Source: Octopus sinensis
Lineage: Eukaryota
Direction of reading: 5' to 3'
Length of the DNA: 64,000 bases
Assembly (NCBI RefSeq): GCF_006345805.1
Contig: NC_042997.1
Coordinates: 109,182,001-109,246,000 of the forward strand
Shown here: in pieces, positions 53,698 through 64,000 of the stretch
Layout of the letters: every line of letters starts with the position of its first letter
Position numbering within the stretch: position 1 is the first letter of the stretch
Program-made: the position numbers and the translations under genes
The notes under the pieces: generated by a model
Database searches by the model: none
What the model was told of the DNA's origin: nothing
What the model saw: the letters and a program-made list of their open reading frames with translations, nothing else

Positions 53698-53958
53698 CGA
53701 AGCGCAGTAATTTGCCTAAATTGCAAATTGAAACATTTGATATCCAGAAGTTATGGTTTTAATTAACGGTGCAAAAAGAAATTAAGGTTACAATTGCTGC
53801 GAATTGAAGAGTTATTTATTAAAATGCAATCAGCGAATATACATTTAAGGTTCTGAAATAAAAATGGAAAAAAAAACAAAAACAAAACAAATATAACAAA
53901 AACGACCACTTGAAAGAATCAAACTGCCAGCGAAGCAGAGAGAGAGAGAGAGAGAGAG

Positions 53959-54013
<55 letters not shown>

Positions 54014-54444
54014 TTCTACAAGTTGGGCGCACAAAGATTTAGGAATAAATTGATAAATTGTTTTATATATTCGTCTAATGTTGCAGTATTTGGGAAAAGA
54101 TGTAGAATTTCACTTTGACAAACGCTCACTTTCTACAGGAACCAACCCACATACATATATACATATGATACGTATGTACATACGCACACAGTTGTATGCA
54201 TGCAATGCGTACAAACGCTCACTTTGTATACGAACGTAGCGCCATACATGTATACACAAATACAAATATACAACCACACGCAGACGCACACACACATATT
54301 TATATCAGTCTGTATATGTACATGTATAAATATCTATATATATACTTATGAGTGTATGTGTACGAATCTTGAGCGTCCAATAATACTTTATTTGTTCCAC
54401 ATCCTTGCGTTGTTGTTTTTTTGTTTTCTTGTTTGGATTAACTT

Positions 54445-54508
<64 letters not shown>

Positions 54509-54663
54509 TATATATATATAGATATATATATATATAACATATATATACATATATATATATACATATACATGTATATATATATATACGCACACATACAAGC
54601 ATACACGCACGTATACATATACATACATGTATATATATATACATATATATCATATATATGTAT

Positions 54664-54696
<33 letters not shown>

Positions 54697-54977
54697 TAGA
54701 TGTGTGTGTATATATATTCATATATATATATTTATATAATGCATGCAAATGTGCATGTATATATATATATATATATAACGCTGAGAATTTTCTAAAAGCG
54801 ACCGTAAATTCATAGATGAGACCAAACACAAAAACACATGCAAAAACATGCATGTACATATAATTAGTGCATGTATGCATGCATCTGTAGTCATAGAATC
54901 ACCTGTGTGCATATACATATACATACATGCATATACACATACATACATATAAATATACATGTGTGTGAGTGTGTGTG

Positions 54978-55009
<32 letters not shown>

Positions 55010-55253
55010 CATATATATATACATATACATATATGTACACACGAATACAAACATGTACATGTATATATGTGTGTGTATGTGTATATATTAGCGTATATAT
55101 TTATATACATAATTATTTATAAATATCTTGATACATATGTGTGTCTATTTTTCACATAACATTTATAAGATCTCGTGTTTATATGTGTACGTGTGTTTGT
55201 AATTCTCTGGGTATGTTAATGTGTGTGTGTGTGTGTGTGTGTGTGGTGTGTTT

Positions 55254-55289
<36 letters not shown>

Positions 55290-55675
55290 TTCAGCTTGCA
55301 GTTACCCTGCACAAACATACATCAATAAACATTAATGCGTGCTCACGTCACACGGTTCTAAAAGCATCCATAAACACACATAAAATAACAGAAATATACC
55401 AAAGTACATTTACAGACACACCATGGAGGCAAATGCAGAGGAATACACATCTTTAAGAAGAGCGGAATTGGCTGAGAACGTAATCAGATTAGTTGTACAA
55501 GAAATGCTGAGTGAGAGACAACGTTTAAGGAGTGACTATTTGATGTTCACACAGCCTTAGCTCAATTGTCGTACAAATACACGGCGCAAGGTTTGCGATT
55601 AGTCATCAGTTTTCTGTCTCCGGAACAGGAGAACGTGTGTTATGGAATGGGATATGAGCAGAAAAGTAGAGACAA

Positions 55676-55714
55676 TAGATAGATGGATAGATGGAGAAAC
55701 AGATAGATAGACTG

Positions 55715-55785
<71 letters not shown>

Positions 55786-55792
55786 CAGACAA

Positions 55793-55868
<76 letters not shown>

Positions 55869-55888
55869 ATAGATGGATAGATAGACAA

Positions 55889-55955
<67 letters not shown>

Positions 55956-55968
55956 TAGATAGATAGAT

Positions 55969-56063
<95 letters not shown>
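55676..56063. repeat. (AGAT)n tetranucleotide array of about 385 bp
   Basis: Direct inspection. Confidence 0.97.
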
Positions 56064-56065
<2 letters not shown>

Positions 56066-56440
56066 GGGAATTGTAAAAGTTTTAAAGCACTGAAGATTCA
56101 GATGTGAGTGACAGAAGTGTAAAGAGAGAAAGAGAGAAAGAAAGAAATGATGGGGAATGGGAAAAGAAAAAGGTAGAGAGTGGGGAGAGATGAAGAAGTG
56201 TGGAGAAACGTCTGTAATGTGAAAGCATTTGAGAATATTTAAACAGCAATGGAAACGGAATATAGAGTCATGGATGGTCGGAGATAGGAATATGGATGTG
56301 TGTGTGTGTTGTGTTGGTATGCGTGTGTGTCTTGTATGTCTATTACATATTATAATATATATATATATATATATATAATATATATATATACTATATATAT
56401 ATATATATATACTATAATATATATATATAATATATATATA

Positions 56441-56496
<56 letters not shown>

Positions 56497-57847
56497 TAAT
56501 GATAGGATAAAAATGGAGAAATATCGAGAAGAAACAGAGGGTTGGGTGGCTGAGAAGATCATTTTCCTTCTTTCACACTTGTTCACACTTGAAATCTCAT
56601 AAAGATTCTTGTCTCCGCCATGATTCTGGAGTCGGATTTATTGGTCTTGTGAAAGACTTGTTGCAACTGGATAAGCTACGTGTCCGTTTCTCGTCAGTTT
56701 ATTCAGCAAAATAAAATATAACATAACAATAATGATAATAAGAAAAACACAAAGCCAGTGTGATCTGCTGGCATGGCATCGATCACACGGTATATTTATC
56801 AGGCTCGTAATTAGCTTAGGGGTATCATAATCTTATCTACAGCCTGAGGAGAAATAACGTATCACAAATATCTCGGATTGCGTTCACTTTATAAAATGCT
56901 TCGCAAAACGTTGGTTTATAAATGTAGAGTGGCGCCCTATTGCCAGTTGTTTTCATCCTATATTTTACAGGATATTCTCATTTTCCTACTTCAAATCAAA
57001 ATATATGTTAGAGGGAAACCGTCTTCAATCTGTATCTTATTCTCACCAAGGGAATGTCTTTCTAAAGAAATAATTGATGTTTTTGTTCGACTTGTGGTTT
57101 GGAATCTGGTCAGAGAAGTCCTACAAAGAAGGTTTATCTATATATGACTGCCCCAAAACAGTTCCATTGTAGGACCATTCCGTTTTTGCAGATATAGTCG
57201 AGCCTGGGACTCCATTCTTCAATGTCGAATGTGTGCTTCTTACTCAACTTTGTAAAGGCTCAGGTTGATTTGGTTGCTATTTCTAGCAAGTGCAGGGATC
57301 GCTCAGCGATTCTCTCACTGGCTATGCACATCCTCGAAGCTTATTGCTCTTCCGAGCATCGAGTTTAACTTAGTGTGGCCTAGAATACAATGTCTGCATT
57401 CCATTTGTATCTACCAACGCCATCTAGAGGCAATTCCTTCCTTTCTTAGAATAAGGTCGTTGTAAAGTGGAACAGATTTTAGTAAATTTCTCCATCTGTT
57501 TATTTTGTATTACTTTTTAATACTAAGGTTTGTAATAAAAAAACTGGTAACCTAATTAGCTAATAATTAGCTAATAATTAGCTAATTAACTATTCATATC
57601 TTATTACTGGTACTCAGTAATCAATCAATAATCAACAATTAAAACGTATGGAATGTTCCAGAATGACCGTCTACATTTTAGTTTTAAGCCAGACTTGTGC
57701 ATACATGCATACACATATACATACATGCACACGGACAGACTGACAAAAAGATAGACGTACATACGCACATACATATATATATAAACATACATATAAATAT
57801 ATCTATACACACAGACATATATAAGTGCATACACAGACACAGACACA

Positions 57848-57899
<52 letters not shown>

Positions 57900-58037
57900 A
57901 TTAACGCATCAAAAGCAGTATTGATACCAAAGCGTAACATTTATCTCCATTTAAAAGTGGGGGTTGTGTTAGTATGCTGCGACAGTTACCCCGACAGTAC
58001 CTCTCATATGCTTTTGTGGAGCATATAAGCACTCTGG

Positions 58038-58082
<45 letters not shown>

Positions 58083-58948
58083 TGTATTTATGTATATGAG
58101 TTGACTATTTCTTTGCAAGTGCATACACAGGCTTGGACAAAGTTTTTCTGTGAAGGACAGGTGTTTGACCACAACTGTTGGTTTCCTTTCTGAGCATCGT
58201 CGATGTTGCACAACAGAAAAGTCGCTGATTTGGGGCTATTTACGCCTGGAACTAGTATAATATCAAGGTCTCTTTCATTTTTAGTTGTCTTGTCATTTCT
58301 ATCAATATATATATATGAATCACCAAATATGTATATATGTATACATGCAAAACGAGAGGAAGCAAAAAGTGGAGGCTTTCAGTCGTTGAATATTTAAGTA
58401 TAAATATATAAATATTTATATTAATATATCCAACTTACAGAGAGTACAAACGACAGAGAAACGTAAAGACGATGACTCCGCCACCCCTAGAAACAGCTGC
58501 TGGACTTTAACACCTTTCTTCTACGCTTTTAATTTTCCCAGTCGTTTGTCCTCTATTCACATAAACATCTCTATATTTATACTTAAATGTGAACCTTCTC
58601 TTGTTTTACATGTATACATCTTCACACATTTTGAATTTCATACCCAAACTGTTGTATTTAATATTTTTAATTTGTTTAACCACATAACCCCGCCCCTCTC
58701 TATCTGCTCAATTGGATCTCTATCTAGTAGCCATTATTAAAGACACAGGAGTCGAAGTTTGATTCATTTTAGCACTGCTAAGTCTCTACTACACTGAAAA
58801 TTCAGGATCTCATCCGTTGATTATAAATACATGAAGAGTAGATAGACAGCCAAAACCTGATGAAGGGTCCCTTTTCTGTGTTTACTTGTCCTGTTTTCCA
58901 TGTTTCATGTTATTAGCACCGTTGGTGATGTCCTGTACCCATATATGC

Positions 58949-58983
<35 letters not shown>

Positions 58984-59030
58984 CATACGTTATCTATTAT
59001 TTCTCTTATATATATATATATATATACATA

Positions 59031-59312
59031 CATGATGGCCGTCCACTCGTGACCGAGGAAGACCATTGACGACCTTCAGGAACATTGTGCGCTCTAGGGC
59101 TAACTTATATTTTGCATTTGCCGCTCCGTTGGTGGCTAAGGAGCCCTGCTCTTGACAAGCATACACGACTGCAAACATTGCAGACCAAGCTTTCCCCATT
59201 CACTATACGAGCCGTGCGCTTTCGCGCAGCTCGCTTAAGTTCTTCATGCTGGATATGTGCTCTCTCAAAAGTGTCGATCCCCTCCGTAACCTGCTTCCTC
59301 CATCTGTGGCAA
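59031..59312 (-). pseudogene. 3' end of an RTE-clade LINE (C2H2 finger plus 3' UTR)
   Basis: WRKQVTEGIDTFE...KRAARK...CNVCSRVCLSRAGLLSHQR stop; short 3' UTR ending GTCTTCCTCGGTCACGAGTGGACGGCCATCAT. Confidence 0.8.
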
Positions 59313-59337
59313 TACACACACATGCATAAATAAATAC

Positions 59338-59369
<32 letters not shown>

Positions 59370-60223
59370 GGAGGGCAGAGAGAGGGATGTACTTACACAC
59401 GCCCGCGCGCACATATACAGTATAGCAGAAAAGAATTCAGTGATTCTCCTCTCAAATAGAACGTATGACTTATGATTTGCTAGCTGAAGGTCCAGGCCGT
59501 AATTAAAATACACTCCGCTCAATGTACTGCGTCCAGTACTTCGAGTTTGTCCAAAGATGTTTCGAGAACCAATCAAATATCTATGACTATTCGTCTCGCG
59601 ATGTTCTTCCGAAAATTTTCTTTTCTCCATACCACTCTGCTTCTTTATTTCAAGCGTGCGAATAATCGGTAGCGCGTTGGTCAGAATAAAACTCCTAGCA
59701 GATTCAGACATTAATAAACTATACAAACACACACACATACTTTACACTCACAGATACACATACACACACTCACGCCATACATGTATGTACGTTTGCATGC
59801 GCGCGCACAAGTGTGTGTGTGTTTATTATGTATGTGAACCGAAGCCATCTACCAATCTACTTACTTATCAACTCAACTCCTTACCTATCTACATACCTAT
59901 CTCTATTTCCCTCCCTACCTATTTCCCCACCTACCTTCTTTTCACCTCCCACCCACATACCGACTTACTCACCCAGGTAAGTTTAGGCTTACCTCTCTAC
60001 ATATTGCTTGTTTAAACTGTAACCTTATCATGTTCAATTTACTTATATGTACGCATACATACTGAAATACATGATCGCATTCATAGGTAGATATAATACG
60101 ATTAAGCACTAAAACCGTACACTAAGTACTTTCCGTCATTGTATAGTTCATTCATGTTTACACGCATTTCTGTGTGTGTTTGTGTGTGAGTGCGCGCCCA
60201 TTGTTTCTCACCTTCACTCTTAA

Positions 60224-60290
<67 letters not shown>

Positions 60291-60447
60291 TATTATATAT
60301 ATTATATATAATGCATATATATGCGTGTGTATGTATGTATATATATATATATATATACATAACAAATTAATAAATAAAACATATGCATATATACATACAT
60401 ATATGTACGTACCTACATATATATGTATATATACATGCATATATGGG

Positions 60448-60494
<47 letters not shown>

Positions 60495-60505
60495 TATACA
60501 TACAT

Positions 60506-60563
<58 letters not shown>

Positions 60564-61050
60564 GAGAGAGAAAGAGAGAGATATGCATATACATGCATAT
60601 ATACATATACTCACTCATTCTTCCATACATAATTACATACATACTTTGCTTAGATACCCACAAATTTGCACACATTCTTCAATAGCAAGATGCTCCCCCG
60701 ACCTCTCATTAACAATATGGAAACCATGCAGAAACACATGCGTAAGTTATGCATCATCATATCAAAGGTAAACACACGAATATAGCTGAGCCTCATCCGA
60801 TGAGAACCAGTTGTATGTTAAGTGATTCCAAGGAGATATTTGGTCACGTGCCAGTTATCAAAAGTCCCAACTCAGAGGGAAACCTATGAGGGTACAATGA
60901 ATTTGTACCTGGGTTTTACCTGAAATACTTTCCAATTGCGTTTCGCTTCTAAAGTTTTCGACGAAAGTCTGTTGCAAATATTTATTTCCTTTCAAGTTCA
61001 GACGTAGATTTAAAAATCGACACTCTTACGGACACTTATAAATACACAAC

Positions 61051-61118
<68 letters not shown>

Positions 61119-61194
61119 ACACACATGCACACGTATATATATCCGTGTGACTGAGTATATACACATTAATGAACACATACACACACATTGTATA

Positions 61195-61225
<31 letters not shown>

Positions 61226-61236
61226 TATTCTTAAGT

Positions 61237-61610
61237 GGAGGTGCAATGGCCCAGTTGTTAGGAGAGCGGACTCGCAGTGGTAGGATCGTTTCCCAGAGCA
61301 GGCTTTGTAAGTGCTTATTGAGAGAAAACACCTAAAGCTCCACGAGGCTCCGGCAGTGGGTGTTAGCGAACCCTGCTGTATTCTTTCACCACAACTTTCT
61401 CTCACTCTTTCTCTGTACCTGTTGTTTCTGTTGTACCCTTATTTCAAAGGGGTCAGCCGTGTCACACTCTGTGTCACGCTGAATCTCCTCGAGATTCAGC
61501 GAGGTACACGTATCGTGGAGTTCTCAGCCAATTGCAGGTTAACTTCACGAGCAGGCTGTCCCGTTCATCGGATCATCTGGAACCGTCTTCGTCGTAACCG
61601 ACGGAGTGCC
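61237..61610 (+). mobile_element. SINE family 3
   Basis: GGAGGTGCAATGGCCCAGTTGTTAGG tRNA-like head; 3' half shared with 628-908. Confidence 0.8.
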
Positions 61611-61919
61611 CCGATTATTCTTAAAATTGTTATAGACACTGACTTAAAGATATGTTTATAAAAACAAAATCAATGATGTCGCTATTAGTCGTCCATTGTT
61701 AATATATAAAGATGTGACCTCGACATCGTATACAACTGAACTAACCATGCATGCTTGATCTAGCAGGTAAGTATCTAGGTTCCTGAAGTTGTATATTTGC
61801 ATTTGTGTACCTACTGTGACTCGCTTGTAATAATGCTTTACTTGTTAAGGCAGTAGGTGCTAGAAAATTATTAGACTATATGAAAGTGACTCCACCCCAC
61901 AAAAAAAAATGGAAAAGAA

Positions 61920-62545
61920 AAAATACGCTAAACACCAGACTTGTTTCCGGCATGTAGATAAATAAGAAAATCATTAAACTAGCTAGCCTCGTTTGGAACC
62001 TGAAGGACAAAATCACCTCAGATACTATCAAGTGGGGCATGGATGAGCGAACTAGGCCATACGGTAATTGGTCAAGACAATGCAGGCTTTGTATAGCTGA
62101 AAGCCTTTTAAATTTTAGAACCCCATGAACCTACAATACTCCACGTTAGAAATTTGCACCAGATGCAAGTATCAAGACAATTTTCTACTATTGAACTGGA
62201 GGACGGCATCCTCTCCGACGTAGGCATTCAGTCTTATGAATTTTAGCCTATCCGATTAAACCCCACCAAACCATTATTAATTCATAAATAAAAATTTTAT
62301 TAGCATTCTCCTTCTAACAGGCTTAAATTCCTTCCCCTCCAAGTTTTCCTTTTTTCTCTTTCTTTTTTATATTTCGTTTTTGGATTTGGTTTGCAAGATT
62401 CTTTATGCGAGTTCGGGTGTTGAAGCATATTCTGTTGTGTCTGGGGAAAGTAATTTTTTTTTTTGTGCCTTATAATGTAATACACTCACCGGTAAAATTT
62501 CCACTTATTTCTTATTTTTTATTTTCCTAAAATTTTCGTTGCTTG
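61920..62545 (+). pseudogene. Second PLE remnant: GIY-YIG C-terminus plus probable pLTR
   Basis: 61967-62128 translates KIIKLASLVWNLKDKITSDTIKWGMDERTRPYGNWSRQCRLCIAE, compare LSKLVWRLKD in the 50036 ORF; flanked by KHQTCFRH and EICTRCKY in other frames. Confidence 0.7.
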
Positions 62546-62691
62546 CTTTTTCTCAGAGAGCTGATATGTTTATTCTCAGCATGGACGATTGCAGCATAGC
62601 ATACGGGCATGCTATACAAGCCCGCCCCATTACTCTACTGTCCGGGCATGAAATTGAAAGAGTTCTCATATAAATCCTGGCGTTTTTAATA

Positions 62692-62925
62692 TTCTTTTAT
62701 TCTTTTATTCTTTTACTTGTTTCGATAATTTCGCTTCGGCCATGCCGGAGCACCGTCTTAAACTGTGTTTTTGTCGAATAAATCGACCCCAGGACTTATT
62801 CTGTGGAAGCCTAATACTTATTCTATCGGTCTGTTTTGCCGATCCGCTAAGTTACGAGGAGATAAACACACCAACATCGGTTGTCAAGCGGTTGTGCGGA
62901 CCAAACAGACACAAAGACACACATA
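62692..62925 (-). mobile_element. SINE family 2, 3' half; its 5' part resumes at 63585-63677 beyond an HHR unit in the internal microsatellite
   Basis: Family tail on minus; GAGCTTCTTTCAGTTTCC...CAAGGTGCC at 63588-63675. Confidence 0.75.
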
Positions 62926-62948
62926 TAATATATATTATGTATATATAT

Positions 62949-63006
<58 letters not shown>

Positions 63007-63034
63007 ATATATATATGTAAGTATATACTTTATA

Positions 63035-63560
63035 AAAATAGGGTAAAGTAAAATAATTTACTTTACCACATACTGAACTTTTTAGAAATAGCAGCCAAAA
63101 ATTTGGCTATTTCTTCTACTGCAAGAAAATTCTCCCAGACAATGCATACTCAGAAATAACTCACATAGGTATAAGGGAAAATCAACGAAAATCAAAAATT
63201 TTAACTACAGTTTTGTCTCTGTAGGAATGCACTACTCTGTAGCTCACGTGGGTGGACATTTGTATTTTTGGATTCGCTGGTACTGGTGGTCTGGCATGGT
63301 TTGTCCGGTGTTACTCATATCGGACGGGTATGTTTGATTTTTAGTACTTTCAAATTCAAATCAGAAGAAATCTCTGAGCTGATGAAGGAAATGTTGGCGT
63401 TTAGTCAAATAATCCAGAAACAGGCTTGTCCTCGGGTGATCTCATATGGATGTGATCTTTCGTTGATTTTCCCGTATACCTATGTGAGTTATTTCTGAGT
63501 ACGCGTTGTCTGGGAGACTTTTCTTGCAGTAGAAGAAATAGCCAAATTTTTGGCTGCTAT
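63035..63560 (+). mobile_element. HHR unit family O with about 105-bp inverted arms, in (TA)n
   Basis: 63089-63193 inverted at about 63453-63559; HHR 63374-63435 CTGAG-CTGATGA-A-GGA...TCC-A-GAAAC-AGGCTT-GTC|CTCGG. Confidence 0.85.
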
Positions 63561-63684
63561 ATATGTATATATATATATAAATGCGACGAGCTTCTTTCAG
63601 TTTCCATCTACTAAATTCCCTCACAAGGCTTTGGTCGTCCGGTAGTTTTAATAGAAGGCACATGCTCAAGGTGCCCACATAGGG

Positions 63685-64000
63685 CGCGGACGGTATTTGA
63701 GGACATATTTATGGTTTTAAAAGGACGCTTATGTAATAAAAGAAAAAAAACTGAATTATTATAAAAATAACATAAATAGAAAGCTAAATTATCAATTTCA
63801 TGATTTCATTCAATAAAACCACCATAAGCATCAATAACTGCCTCTGCACGAGGTTGAAATCGTTTATAAACGCGGTATGCTTATAAAATTAGAGCGTTTG
63901 GAATGTTTTTACTCGCTTCCATCTTCTTTCTCTAACTCAGATTGAATCTTGTTGACAAAAGATCTTGCAACTTTCAGAAAACGAAAGATTTCTGAAGCAG
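63685..64000 (-). mobile_element. Probable Tc1/mariner-superfamily remnant, truncated by window end
   Basis: Minus strand ASEIFRFLKVARSFVNKI looks like a transposase HTH. Confidence 0.4.

Noticed and set aside
56675-56702. Minus-strand CTGACGA-GAAAC
   Set aside because: No stem II and no convincing stem I; expected by chance
56880-57200. Possible decayed PLE RT (YLQK..G.TM on minus)
   Set aside because: One weak motif needing frameshifts; not supportable without a profile search
58855-58950. CTGATGA-A-GGGT...ACCC partial hammerhead
   Set aside because: No GAAA or stem III follows; possibly a truncated pLTR but cannot be called a ribozyme

Overview
AT-rich, microsatellite-saturated eukaryotic non-genic DNA. 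The SINE families and repeat landscape look like an octopus/cephalopod genome; this is my inference, not a database result. No host protein-coding gene can be supported, and most ORF-track entries are translated microsatellites. Recognisable coding content is all transposon-derived. It comprises a near-complete R4/Dong-clade RLE retrotransposon (15.25-19.4 kb, minus) and three Dong-like fragments, HERO-like and RTE remnants, mariner remnants, and a Penelope-like element (PLE; RT + GIY-YIG + 3' hammerhead, 49.6-51.9 kb) with a second GIY-YIG remnant. There are also MITEs and three tRNA-derived SINE families. The main hidden signal is about 15 type I hammerhead-ribozyme (HHR) motifs from roughly 9 sequence families, 11 of them between 26.8 and 34.4 kb. 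They sit in 200-600 bp non-coding units, mostly embedded in (TA)n. The units show monomer-plus-direct-repeat structure, inverted arms starting at HHR stem III, one copy ending at the predicted cleavage site, one tRNA-headed unit, and recurrent core variants. Together this suggests a microsatellite-targeted retrozyme / mini-PLE system mobilised by PLE enzymes.
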